A stretch of DNA of 63,639 bases, the filler included, from an uncultured Ignavibacteriales bacterium (GTDB taxonomy: Bacteria; Zixibacteria; MSB-5A5; GN15; JAAZOE01): NCBI GenBank assembly GCA_964611355.1. It is 5 parts of 5 records of this genome, joined end to end, with 100 filler letters (N's around TTAATTAATTAA, not from the genome) between each part and the next. Parts side by side here need not be neighbours in the genome. Positions count along the whole stretch, not along the records: positions 14,149 to 28,058 come from CAZSYD010000057.1; positions 28,159 to 41,858 come from CAZSYD010000058.1; 3 more parts are not named here. The stretch is one strand, 5' to 3'. The notes under the pieces are model-generated. The model worked only from the letters and a program-made list of their open reading frames with translations, searched no databases and was not told where the DNA came from. The translations under genes were made by a program, and so were the position numbers. Shown here one piece after another: positions 21,051 through 31,900 of this stretch (position 1 is the first letter of the stretch; the number at the start of each line of letters is the position of its first letter).

Positions 21051-22196
21051 TCAATCGGGTCCAAAGGCGTGGGTTGGCTTATGGCCGAACTCTCTGACCG
21101 GGTGCGGGGTCTGTTCAACCGGCACCAGATCATCCAGCCAGTAGGCGTCATCGTCACGATGGAAGATCATAAACTTTCCCTCGTCCTCGGCATCGCGCGC
21201 CCGGTGGAACTTGAGATAGATATACTGATCGGTCAATCCGATTATTTCAATCTTACCCCGTTCGTGCGACATAACCAGCCGCGCCCGCTTGGCCAGTCCG
21301 CTGACGTTCTTTTTAGCTTCCTCAAAGGCCTGATATGATTGGGTCAGAGTTGTGGCATACGGCATATTACCGGTAGTTGGCCGACCCTGGAAGAAATAAT
21401 AAGGCGCCACGCCAACGAAAGACAGTTTACGCATCAGGTCGGCCAGAAGCCCCGGGTCGTCGTTGATCCCTTTAAGGATTGGAGTCTGATTACAGAGTAC
21501 TATTCCGGTTTTCAGCAGGATGTATATGGCCAAAATGGCCGTCTCGGTCAGTTCCTGAGGGACATTGAAATGAGTCATAATGTAGACTCTTCGATCACGC
21601 CGACTGTACCGCGCCAGCATGGCCGAAAGTTCCGGATCGTCAATTATCCGATACGGGTTGAAAGCAGGCATCTTGGTGCCGATCCGGATGATGGAAATAT
21701 GCTCAATCTCGTGCAGAGGACGAATAATATTTTCCAGCTTGGGAGTTGACATTAAAAGAGGATCGCCGCCGGTCAGAAGTACATTTGTAATCTGCTTGTT
21801 TTTGCGAATATATTCGATCCCTTCAGTGAGGTCGTTGACGATTTCGTCACTTTCATCCATAAAAATCCGTTTCCGGAAACAGAAACGGCAATAGCCGCCG
21901 CAGACTTCATTGCAAAGTAAAAGTGCCGTATGAGGATATTTATGCTGACAGCCGGGAGCCACGTAATTGGTTTCCTCGGCCGAAGCATCGAGCTCGCCGA
22001 AATCGTCAAGTTCGCTGACCTGCGGAATTATTATCCTCCGGATCGGGTCATCGGGATTATTCCAGTCGATCAGCGACAGATAATAATCGTTGGCGCGAAA
22101 TTTAAATCTGTCGGTAACCTCCTTGAGCGCCTCCCTGTCCTTTTCCGGCAGTTGTTCGATCTTATTAATATCTCTGATATAATGAACTCTAGCCAT
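21051..22196 (-). CDS. KamA-family radical SAM protein (lysine/glutamate 2,3-aminomutase-like)
   Basis: HKYP, CGGYCRFCFRK, LLTGGDPL, RIGT, HFN, NQTPILKGIND; AAGGAGG RBS before ATG 22196. Confidence 0.9.
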   Translation of the reverse strand: MARVHYIRDINKIEQLPEKDREALKEVTDRFKFRANDYYLSLIDWNNPDDPIRRIIIPQVSELDDFGELDASAEETNYVAPGCQHKYPHTALLLCNEVCGGYCRFCFRKRIFMDESDEIVNDLTEGIEYIRKNKQITNVLLTGGDPLLMSTPKLENIIRPLHEIEHISIIRIGTKMPAFNPYRIIDDPELSAMLARYSRRDRRVYIMTHFNVPQELTETAILAIYILLKTGIVLCNQTPILKGINDDPGLLADLMRKLSFVGVAPYYFFQGRPTTGNMPYATTLTQSYQAFEEAKKNVSGLAKRARLVMSHERGKIEIIGLTDQYIYLKFHRARDAEDEGKFMIFHRDDDAYWLDDLVPVEQTPHPVREFGHKPTHAFGPD

Positions 22197-22607
22197 GGCA
22201 CGGACCTCCTTTTCCAAGCCGGTTCTGACCATTCATTGGCCTAAAATATCTCCCGTTGCCGGGGGGGTTGTCGAAAGTATCGACCAGTGCGTAAACTCAA
22301 CATACAGAGCAACAGAACCGAGTCTTATAATACTATAAGGAAAACAACGGGGAAGCTCAAGAGATTTTAAGGATATTTTTTGCCGGCTTTCCCTAACCGT
22401 CGGAGTATCATGGTTTTACCAGGGGCCACAAACGTGACCATTAAATCTGAAACTTATAAATGTCGCCATCTTTTCTCCGGTTCCAATCCCGAAGTCAAAA
22501 AGTGAACCCAGTATTGATTAGCCTGACCGCCTGTTGTGGTGATGCCTTACGAAATCCAAAAAACTGACGAAAATATATAAAGGTATTGTATAAATACGGG
22601 AGAAATT

Positions 22608-23732
22608 ATGTCTATTTTAATGGAAATCATCGAATGGATGGATCCGACCGGCGAAGAGATGATTCATCGGATTCCCCAGGAGGGTTCCGTAGATTTCAAG
22701 TTGGGGGCGCAGTTGATCGTCAGAGACAGCCAGATGGCGATTTTCTTTAAAAACGGCCACGCCGCCGATTCCTTTACCACCGGCCGTCATACCCTGTCAA
22801 CTTTGAACGTGCCGATTCTGACCCGGCTTCTGGCGTTTCCGTACGGGTTTAACTCGCCGTTTCGGGCCGAGGTGTATTTCGCCAATCTGAAAGTATTTAC
22901 TAATCTAAAGTGGGGGACAAAGCATCCGGTTACTTTCAAAGACCGGGAGCTTGGCCTCGTGCGCCTGCGCACTCACGGCGCTTTCACTATGAGAATCGAG
23001 CAGCCGGCTCTGTTTCTCAATTCGATCGTTGGCCGCCAGTCGCGCTATACTACCGATGAAATCCAGGATTATCTGAGAGACGTCATTATAGCCCGTATGA
23101 ACGATCTCCTTGGTGAAAAGCTGGACACTATCCTCGAGCTTCCCGCTTTGTATACCGAGCTGGCCGGCGAATTCAAAACCATCGTCGAAAACGAATTCGA
23201 TAAATACGGGCTGGAACTGGTCGATTTCTATATTTCCTCCATTACGCCTCCGGAGGAAGTTTCCGAAATGATTGACCAGCGTTCCGGCATGAAGGCTGTC
23301 GGCGATCTTGATAAATTCCTCAAGTTTGAGATGGCCAAAGGACTCGGCGCACCGGGCGGACCTGCCGGCGCCGGAGCAGGAATGGGCATGGCGGCCGGCG
23401 TGGGCCTGATGGTTCCGGGGCTTCTTAATAAAGTATTTTCTCCGGAACAGAAGGAACTCCGTCGCGAGCCGGTGGCTACGGTAACCTGCCCGGTCTGTCA
23501 TACCGATACGCCGGAGCAGTCCCGATTCTGTTATCGTTGCGGACATCCTATGGTTAAGCAGAACGTTTGCCCGTCCTGCGGCAGGGAACTTCCCACGGAA
23601 GCTAACTTCTGCTTCCATTGTGGTCATAAGCTTGACGCTCGAACCAAATGCCCTCATTGTTCGGCCGAGGTTATTCCCGGCTCCAAATTCTGCGGCAATT
23701 GCGGCAAGAAAATAGAGGGTGATGAATCCTAA
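22608..23732 (+). CDS. SPFH/band-7 (YdjI-like) protein with C-terminal zinc ribbons
   Basis: GAQLIVRDSQ, SPFRAEVYF, KWGT motifs; Gly-rich linker; three CxxC..FCxxCG ribbons. Confidence 0.88.
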   Translation: MSILMEIIEWMDPTGEEMIHRIPQEGSVDFKLGAQLIVRDSQMAIFFKNGHAADSFTTGRHTLSTLNVPILTRLLAFPYGFNSPFRAEVYFANLKVFTNLKWGTKHPVTFKDRELGLVRLRTHGAFTMRIEQPALFLNSIVGRQSRYTTDEIQDYLRDVIIARMNDLLGEKLDTILELPALYTELAGEFKTIVENEFDKYGLELVDFYISSITPPEEVSEMIDQRSGMKAVGDLDKFLKFEMAKGLGAPGGPAGAGAGMGMAAGVGLMVPGLLNKVFSPEQKELRREPVATVTCPVCHTDTPEQSRFCYRCGHPMVKQNVCPSCGRELPTEANFCFHCGHKLDARTKCPHCSAEVIPGSKFCGNCGKKIEGDES

Positions 23733-25179
23733 AAAGGCCAAAGCCGGTTTCTATATCGGTGTAACCTGCCCCGGGTGCGGGGGAGAGTTGGAGCTTCAGG
23801 AAAATTTTTTCTCCCTCGAATGCTCTTATTGCGGTTCGGTGCTGCGGATATTTATGCCGGACACTCCGCCTGTTTATTTAATCCCCACGCAGAAGCATAA
23901 GCGGGAAGTCCGCTTTCAGGTTGATCGTTACCTTAAAACAAACATTTTCCCTTTAACCCGATCCGATTTTTCCATCCGGCGTATCTATTATCCCTACTGG
24001 AAAATTGACGCTGTTCGCCTGAAAGTTTATGAAGAGAAAATACAACAGCCGGATAGGCAAAAGGTCTCGTATGGCGATTTAGTGTTCCCCGGCATCGGCG
24101 CTGCCGCGATAGGATCAGCATTGACTGCGAATACCTCTTCAACCGAGGAACAAAAGATAAAAGTGTCGTTGTCCCCGTATGCGGCAACCCGGACAGCAGG
24201 TCCGAATGTCACCGGCCTGCCGGCATCACTCGGTCTTCGAACCGAATATATCAAAGCCATACCCTTTTCCGCCGAGAATTGCGACGAAGAGTATGAATAT
24301 CTGCCGGTGACTATTCCCTGGAATATTGTCTGCGCCAATTTGGCCAAATCCGTGGCCTTGAAAGCCAGACTTAACGCCGGCCCCGGACGCAGGACAAAAT
24401 CGGAGCTGTTTCACCCCGTTGGCTCACTGATTTATTTCCCGTATATTTTCGCTCGGTCAGATACCGGCGGAGAAGCAAACTTCTTTATCGTTGACGGCAT
24501 CTCCGGCCGGGTGGTGTACGCCGGGTACGCGCCGGAATCGGAAAACATCCCCGAAACAATGTCAGACTCGCTGGCGGGGTTTTCGCAATTAAAGGTCGAT
24601 TTCCACCGCTGCAGCAATTGCGGTATCGATTTACCGGCCACCCGGTCATCGGTTTACATATGTCATAATTGTCATACGGTTATATCCCTGGATAAAAACC
24701 AGGTTTTAGGCGACGGCATGTCGGCGGCGATGCCGGAGAAACGCTGCACAGATGATCAATTCCCCTTCTGGTCATTCAGGATTTCTTCGGAATACGTTAG
24801 AAAAATAACCTCAATGCATGTCGGGTCCGAACCGCAGGACCAATTGCTGGTGCCGGGTTTCAGGATTTCGAATTTTGAAGCTATGCGCCGCCTGTGTCAG
24901 AGAATGACCGGCGGCTGTCCCCGGATGTCGATGCAACCGATCGATAAACACGATCAGCGCTTTCTGCCGGTAGAGATAAGCATGACCGAAGCTTTAACCC
25001 TGGCAGAAATACTTCTCTATCGTGAAATAGTCATCAAGAATCCAGCTCTCACCGCCGATTCAATCAGAATTCAACCCGAGCAGGTCGGGCTGGTTTATGT
25101 TCCGTTTCATCCCGAGCATTACTTTTATGTTGACTCTGTGATCGGTTCGGTAACATTTGAAAAAAGCCTGATCGACTAA
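23719..25179 (+). CDS. Zinc-ribbon protein of unknown function (YdjG-like)
   Basis: CPGCG..CSYCG and CSNCG..CHNC; YYPYW and VDGISG motifs; overlaps the SPFH gene. Confidence 0.7.
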   Translation: MMNPKKAKAGFYIGVTCPGCGGELELQENFFSLECSYCGSVLRIFMPDTPPVYLIPTQKHKREVRFQVDRYLKTNIFPLTRSDFSIRRIYYPYWKIDAVRLKVYEEKIQQPDRQKVSYGDLVFPGIGAAAIGSALTANTSSTEEQKIKVSLSPYAATRTAGPNVTGLPASLGLRTEYIKAIPFSAENCDEEYEYLPVTIPWNIVCANLAKSVALKARLNAGPGRRTKSELFHPVGSLIYFPYIFARSDTGGEANFFIVDGISGRVVYAGYAPESENIPETMSDSLAGFSQLKVDFHRCSNCGIDLPATRSSVYICHNCHTVISLDKNQVLGDGMSAAMPEKRCTDDQFPFWSFRISSEYVRKITSMHVGSEPQDQLLVPGFRISNFEAMRRLCQRMTGGCPRMSMQPIDKHDQRFLPVEISMTEALTLAEILLYREIVIKNPALTADSIRIQPEQVGLVYVPFHPEHYFYVDSVIGSVTFEKSLID

Positions 25180-25200
25180 ATCCGGCCTTAAAATCGGAGA

Positions 25201-25229
25201 TTGACAAACTGACCCAAAAGACCTAATTT
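25201..25229 (+). promoter_or_regulatory. Sigma70-type promoter
   Basis: TTGACA-17nt-TAATTT upstream of the S9 peptidase. Confidence 0.6.
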
Positions 25230-25269
25230 TGTGTTTATGAATTTAAAACGGAAGCGGGAGAAGGGTCGT

Positions 25270-27282
25270 ATGAAACCAAAATCGAAATCGAAAAAGCGTT
25301 ATTTCAATGCGGAAGATATTTGCCGGTTGAATGTTATCACCTCGGTTGCCATTTCGCCGGATGAGAAAAAAATTGCCTACACTATGGAACAAGTTTCCGA
25401 AGATAAACGGAAGTACCGTTCACATATTTATCTGGTCGATATCGGCACAGGAGAGTTGCGCCGGTTTACTTTCGGAGAGGTACACGACCGCGGTATAGTG
25501 TGGTCGCCCGATGGGGAATATATCGCCTTTATCTCTACTCGCGACAAGAAATCAGGCGTCTATATTATTCCCTCCGAAGGGGGCGCCGAAAGGAAACTGC
25601 ACGAGGCTGACGGCAGCTTTGATTGGCTTTGCTGGACGCCCGACGGTGAGGAACTGGTTTTTCAGTTTCGCTACAACGATTCGCATGCCGTAAGAGAGGA
25701 AAAGAAAAAAAAGGAAGCCCCCCTGTATCGGCATATTACGAGGCTGCTCTATCGTTACGACGGTGAGGGTTTTCTGCCGAAAGACCGGTCCCATATCTGG
25801 AAGGTCGGCGTTGAGAGCGGAAAAGCGCAGCAGTTGACCAAAGGGAAATATGACGATCTCCATCCGGCCGTTTCTCCCGATAGCAAGTGGGTTGCCTTCG
25901 TATCCAATAGAAATAAAGTGCCGGAGCTTAACAGCCTGAAAGATGACCTGTATATAATTCCGCTTGGCGGTGGAAAAGAAAAAAGGATTCCCACTCCCGG
26001 TGGTCCGGTTATGGCGCCGGCGTTTTCTCCGAACGGCAAAAAAATCGCCTATTTGGGGCATGCCGATCCTAACGCTGTCTGGGGAGTAGCCAATTTTCAC
26101 GTCTGGACGGTGGGGATTGGCGGCCGGCCGGCCGCTCGTGACCTCATTCCCGGATTTGACCGGCAGGCATTCGATCAGACTATCGGTGATCTGGGCGAAG
26201 GATTCGGCGTGGAACCGCCGGTATGGTCGCCGGACGGCAAACGTCTCTATTTTGCCGCTTCCGATACCGGCAGCACTCACTTGTTTTATGTTCCCGCCAA
26301 AGGCGGGCGGTCGACGCGGATAACCGAAAAGAATTGCCATATCAAAAATTATACCTTGAATGGCCGGAAAAGACAGATAGCTGCCGTTGTTTCCGATCTG
26401 ACTACCCCCGGCGAAGTGCATCTTATTCCTGCCGTTTATGATGGTGACAGAAAATCCAGGGTACTTACGATTTCAAATAAGGCGCTTTTCTCAGGCATTT
26501 ATTTTCCCAAAATCAAAGAAATGTGGTTCAAGGCTTATGATGGCACTGACCTTCAGGGATGGCTTGTGACGCCGCCCAATTTCAATCGGAATAAGAAATA
26601 TCCGGCTATTCTGGAAATCCACGGTGGGCCGCAGGCTCAATATGGCTTTACGTTCTATCACGAGATGTTTTACCTGGCTTCCAAAGGTTATGTGGTTTTC
26701 TATACCAATCCGCGAGGCGGCGGCGGGCGGGGCGAGACCTTTGCCGGATCTATTGTCGCCGACTGGGGCTCGATCGACCACATGGATTGTATGGCGGCGG
26801 CCGATTATCTGGAAAAGCTTTCCTTTGTGAATAAAAATCGTGTCGGCGTAACCGGCGGCTCGTATGGCGGGTATATGACCAACTGGATAGTTGGCCATAC
26901 GAACCGATTTAAGGCGGCGGTAACTCAGCGATCGGTGGTTGATCTTAATTCCTTCGTGGGCACTTCGGATTTGGGTTTTGATTTTGAGCGCGATTTTGGC
27001 GGGTATCCCTGGACTAATCCGGAGGTTTACGACAGATGCTCGCCGCTGACTTACGCAAAAAATATCAGGACGCCGTTGCTGATTATCCATTCCGAACAGG
27101 ACCTTCGCTGCAGTATTGAACAGGCGGAACAGCTTTTTGTAAGGCTTAAGCTAATGAAAAGGAAAGTCGAGATGATCCGCTTCCCCGAAGAACCTCACGG
27201 CCTTTCCCGACACGGTCGTCCGGACAGGCGCGTCGCCCGGCTGGAATGGATTAGCAGGTGGTTTGACAGGTATCTGAAATAA
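25270..27282 (+). CDS. S9 family peptidase (acylaminoacyl/dipeptidyl peptidase)
   Basis: WSPDG beta-propeller repeats, IHGGP, GGSYGG nucleophile, D(LRC), H(GLSR). Confidence 0.93.
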   Translation: MKPKSKSKKRYFNAEDICRLNVITSVAISPDEKKIAYTMEQVSEDKRKYRSHIYLVDIGTGELRRFTFGEVHDRGIVWSPDGEYIAFISTRDKKSGVYIIPSEGGAERKLHEADGSFDWLCWTPDGEELVFQFRYNDSHAVREEKKKKEAPLYRHITRLLYRYDGEGFLPKDRSHIWKVGVESGKAQQLTKGKYDDLHPAVSPDSKWVAFVSNRNKVPELNSLKDDLYIIPLGGGKEKRIPTPGGPVMAPAFSPNGKKIAYLGHADPNAVWGVANFHVWTVGIGGRPAARDLIPGFDRQAFDQTIGDLGEGFGVEPPVWSPDGKRLYFAASDTGSTHLFYVPAKGGRSTRITEKNCHIKNYTLNGRKRQIAAVVSDLTTPGEVHLIPAVYDGDRKSRVLTISNKALFSGIYFPKIKEMWFKAYDGTDLQGWLVTPPNFNRNKKYPAILEIHGGPQAQYGFTFYHEMFYLASKGYVVFYTNPRGGGGRGETFAGSIVADWGSIDHMDCMAAADYLEKLSFVNKNRVGVTGGSYGGYMTNWIVGHTNRFKAAVTQRSVVDLNSFVGTSDLGFDFERDFGGYPWTNPEVYDRCSPLTYAKNIRTPLLIIHSEQDLRCSIEQAEQLFVRLKLMKRKVEMIRFPEEPHGLSRHGRPDRRVARLEWISRWFDRYLK

Positions 27283-27284
27283 GA

Positions 27285-27674
27285 TTAGAAGCCATTTTCC
27301 AGTAAAATCTTTTCGGCCTCTTCCCTGGTGCGCACGATTCGGCTTATTCCGGCAGTGCCGCCAATGGCAAACATTTTTTTCAGTTGATTGATGGTAACGC
27401 GGTTTTCGATGATATTGACCGAAAGGGCCATACCGTTCTCCCTGCACCAGCGGAGATGTTCGCCGATGATCCTCACCATTTCGGGGTAGGACGATTTCCA
27501 TTTAATCAGGTCAATAAGCTTGGCCCATTTTCCGCCGGTCAGCGGCTTGGCCACTTTCCTGAACTCGTCGCAGTATTCGCGGGCGGTTTCAACATTCCAG
27601 GTGCCGTATATCTTTTCAATGATAATTTTTCTGTCAGGATCGGCATCGATCGTAAAATTCATGCTGATTGTCAT
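27285..27674 (-). CDS. Small STAS/SpoIIAA-like hypothetical protein
   Basis: 129-aa ORF with G.W, LIDL and C-terminal TREEA pattern typical of STAS/SEC14-like proteins. Confidence 0.6.
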   Translation of the reverse strand: MTISMNFTIDADPDRKIIIEKIYGTWNVETAREYCDEFRKVAKPLTGGKWAKLIDLIKWKSSYPEMVRIIGEHLRWCRENGMALSVNIIENRVTINQLKKMFAIGGTAGISRIVRTREEAEKILLENGF

Positions 27675-28007
27675 CTCAAATCTCTCTCTGATAACAGGGT
27701 TGTTAGTGCAATATCCGTTAGATTATCAGTTAAAGGCTGCCTGTACATGTAACGCATGAACAGGCAACGGATATTCGAAAAATGGAAATATGTTCTTTCC
27801 CAGCGTGTAACGGATACAATTAACTGAGTAAACCGTGGGATAGCAATAGTTTTTTATAGATAAATATTCGGTCATTTTCTGCCGGGCAGCATTATATGGT
27901 TTTACAATTTATCGTATTCCTTTAATCCATATCAAAATAAACTTAATGTGGATCTTTTGTAACAGCCGCTTATCCCCGATACAGTGGGCTTGCGGTTGAT
28001 TATAGAG

Positions 28008-28038
28008 AAGCGGGGAAACCTTTCGGCTTCCCCGCTTT
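28008..28038. terminator. Terminator-like hairpin
   Basis: AAGCGGGGAA / TTCCCCGCTT stem. Confidence 0.6.
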
Positions 28039-28058
28039 GAATACCATATCGATCAGGC

Positions 28059-28158
28059 NNNNNNNNNNNNNNNNNNNNNNNNNNNNNNNNNNNNNNNNNN
28101 NNTTAATTAATTAANNNNNNNNNNNNNNNNNNNNNNNNNNNNNNNNNNNNNNNNNNNN
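28059..28158. other. Artificial contig linker
   Basis: N44-TTAATTAATTAA-N44. Confidence 0.97.
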
Positions 28159-28343
28159 TAGCCGCCGAGCGTGTCGCTGTTTTCGTAGTAGAAATCGAAG
28201 GTGCACGAATCATCGATCCGAATGGTGTCAGCATCGACAACACCGTCCACCGTGAGGCCGATATCCATTCTGCAGACCAATTGGGCATCGGCCTGGCCGA
28301 AGCAAAGAAACGGCACGATGAGTAATAATAGTTTACTTTTCAT
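28159..28343 (-). CDS. N-terminus of a secreted protein, truncated by contig end
   Basis: GGAGGT RBS; signal peptide MKSKLLLLIVPFLCFGQADA. Confidence 0.7.
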
Positions 28344-28909
28344 AAAGCTTACCTCCGCATGCGTTATGCATTGATATTTACCACAGGTTACTTGTATCTT
28401 CTTCCTTTACCGTCTGCCTTCTCTGACTCGCGTGCGTCAGGGCAGAATACCAAAAGTGGGGCGTTGCCGTACCAAGTTACGAAAAAAATCTCCTTCGTCA
28501 ATAAGAAAAAACAACTTTTTACGTCGGCACCCGGAATGCAGTACTTCTGCACCGCCGTATGGACGCCGTTCGGGTCGGTCATTTCCCGGGTTACCGTACG
28601 CAGTCCGGGATCCTGATCCGATGAAACGCCGACGCCAAACGAAGTTCTTCCCGGCGCCAGACAACATGCCAAAACCGGAACTGCAGCGCTACGCATCATA
28701 ATTCTCCGGCCCTAATTTCCAATGTTCCCTATTCTGTTGACGGCAAGCGGGTACGCAATGTTCAAAGGATAAAATACCCCGGGAGACATTAATCAAGAGG
28801 TGAGCCGGCATGTATAATATACACGCTTTCGGCATTCCGTCAACTGATTTCTTCATAACCTTCAATTACGATAACCCTCACGGCCGTTTTGTCAGGCCGG
28901 TTATTAGTT

Positions 28910-31900
28910 TTACGGGCAGACCGGTTCTGGACCGCCCTTCATGAAATAATTTATCAGGTAAACCACATCGCCAATATTGACCATGCCGTCGGCATTAGTG
29001 TCACCCTCGGCCATATATACCGGCGTCGGCCCTTTACTGAAGACGAAGTTCAAAATATAGACCATATCAGCGATGTCGTTTACGCCGTCATGGTTTGCGT
29101 CACCGGGAACGTCGCAGTCGCCGCCGCCCAGGCAGCCGATTTCCGGATGATCGGCGATGAAATCATGCGCAATGTCAATCATGTCGGTCAGATACGGCAG
29201 ACCATCTCTGGAGGCGGCCAAGATTTTAACCACGCATTCGGTATCGCCCGGCACGAGATCATATTCGCCAAAGGTCACCAGCGTCGAGATATCGGTGTAT
29301 TGGGAATCCGGATTCTGCGACTGGTAAATGGAAAATACATCGCTTTCTTTCATCAGCCTGTAGGTCGGGCCGGGTGGAAGCGGCGCATCGTCGCCGTAAG
29401 GACCTCCATTATAGATATAGGTCGCGTTTTCAAGGGTCATGGCGTTTTTGAACGACGCCCCCGGACCGGCGGCGATACCGCCGAAACGGTCATCGGATTC
29501 CTGGGGACATAGTACCTCGGTTGCGTCATCCTGATCGTATTCCGCGCCGAAATGATAAATCAACTGGCGACTGATGTCATACCCGGAACCGTTATCGACG
29601 CCGGAGTCGGAGGGAACGTCCCAGTCGAGAATCTCGCCTACCAGAACATCCGGCATGGCCTCCGAGGTCATGTTGAAGAAACTCAGCTTTTCAATAACAA
29701 AGCTGCAATCCCCCACCCCCACCGGCAGATAATACTCGGCCATAAAACCGATGGCGGTATCGGCGGTGGCAAACACGGATGAAGCATAGTTGTAGTCTGG
29801 ATTTCCGGTTTCATCGAGCGTAAGCGGGGAGAGCGGACGCAGAGCGTCATTGCCGGTAAATTCACGGGAAAAACTCATAAAACGCAGAGTGTCTCCGTTC
29901 CCGTCTATCCGGCAAATCACCGGCGAAGCATCACTCAGATAAACGGCCGAGTTGGTAAATTGATTCAAAGTATCGCAATCGCCGGCGAAATCCAGCGCAG
30001 CATAAGCGGTATTTTTAACCAGTTCGCCGGTGTTGAAGACTTTTACACGGGTGCAGGCGGTCGCCAGGACGGACGCTTCGGGACGAATAAACTCGGAAGC
30101 GACCATCAGGCAGATCGGAATAATTCGCGGGCTGCCTTCGGCATAATGACTGATTACAACCTCGGCCAGCCAGACGGACGGATCGGGCGCCATGGACGGA
30201 GCCGATATGGCCATGCTTATTTCCCGACTGTTGTTGAGGCCCGATTCGACAACCCCGGATGCCGGTTGCACGTTTATCCAATCCAGACCGGAGGTGTAGT
30301 TGACGCCGACGGAAAAGTTATTATCCAGCGTCCCCTCGTTTTCAATGGTGAAGGTTATCACGGTGTCGCGGCCCGGTTCAAGCACGAGCGGTTCTTCGCC
30401 GTAGCATTCGCCATAGGCATCGGGGGCGTTGTCCTCGTAATCCGGTTCGGCGACGATATCACGGCAAACGGTCGGAAACCACATAACCGGATTGGTCGTC
30501 CAGACCCCGGACTCAACCTGGATGGCGCCTCCGGCGGAGCGGTCATTGATATAGATAATATCAAGCACCGGCGTGCCCTGCGTTATCCCTTGGCAGCCGG
30601 ACTCATCAATCCTTCCGTAACGAGCCATGGAAGCCCAGTAATCGCTTTCGCAATCGCCCGGAACACAACTGTCGGTGACGGTGTTGGTCAGGTTTTGCGG
30701 CTTGTCCCAGTTCAAACCCTGATTATTTGACGCTGTGAGGTAAAGCTCGCCGTTGATGACGCTGTTTACGGCGTCAACGTCGTAGCATGGAGCGTTAGCA
30801 TTGCCGAACTGGGTATAAAGGACATATAGTTTGCCGTCGCATTCGGAAATCGACATCTTGGCGGCATCGCTTCCCCATGAATGGCCAAAGCAATAACCTC
30901 CGGTGTCCCATTCCGCCTTGACGACCGGACGAATAACCGGCATATCTTCCGACCAGTGAAAGATGGCCGATTGCCGGCGAAAAAGTACGCTCGTTCCTTC
31001 CCACCTGCGACATCCCCAGACGATATGGAGATTATTGTCGGCGCTTATCAGGGCCGACATGTCGCAATACGCCTTCCAGGAGCTCAGTGAATCATATTTC
31101 GTAATATTATGCCGGCCATTATCAACTTCATGACCGATGGAACCGTTACCGATATTGGCAATCCAGTCGGCCCCCTGTTCGGTCGATACGGCGTACCAGA
31201 CATCGTTTTCGTACTGATTGTTATATTCGATTTCGGCGCTCTGGTCCCGGCGATAATCAACCGGGGCGTTCCAGGCGATGGCCACCTTATCGCTAATCGG
31301 CGACGCAGCCACGACAGCGTTTATATTCATGACCGTATCAATCAGCCGTTGAGCGGACCACTGCGCAGTTGATCCGCCGGGCCCGGTTTCTTCACCATAA
31401 GGCCCAACCCGGCGATAATACGAAATTGTCTGGGGATCACCGCCGGAGCCGCCGGATTCGGCGCAAACCATATGCAGAATCGTCTCCGTGCCGGTTTGCC
31501 AGTCGATTTTGGGCCAGAGATTCTGATTGGTCGGGCCAATACCGGCATTTTGATACCAGCCGTACTTATCGTCGGGGTAATCATTATAGGTAAACAACCC
31601 TTGCGGACCGCCCGTGCCGAAATCCCACCAGGCTCGCGAGGCCATATCTCCGGACGTACTACCGGCATGTGCGACAGGGACGGCCCGCGAATACTCATCG
31701 ACGTCAACACAGACATATCCCCCGTAGCCGCTGTTAACCTCTCCGCCGCCGCTACCGAAAATAACATTGCATAATTCCAAATCATATGCTTCGTATGCCA
31801 CAACCCGGTCGCCCGGGTATTCAAAACTGGTCTGCTTCATCCAGTCAAAATGGAGAAAATCGGTATTCCGGTGCTCCACCTGGCGACCCATCGAGCAGTT

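Noticed and set aside
28388..28701. Overlapping short ORFs and possible riboswitch upstream of the truncated secreted gene
   Set aside because: No RBS-supported or recognisable protein, and no riboswitch consensus I can identify
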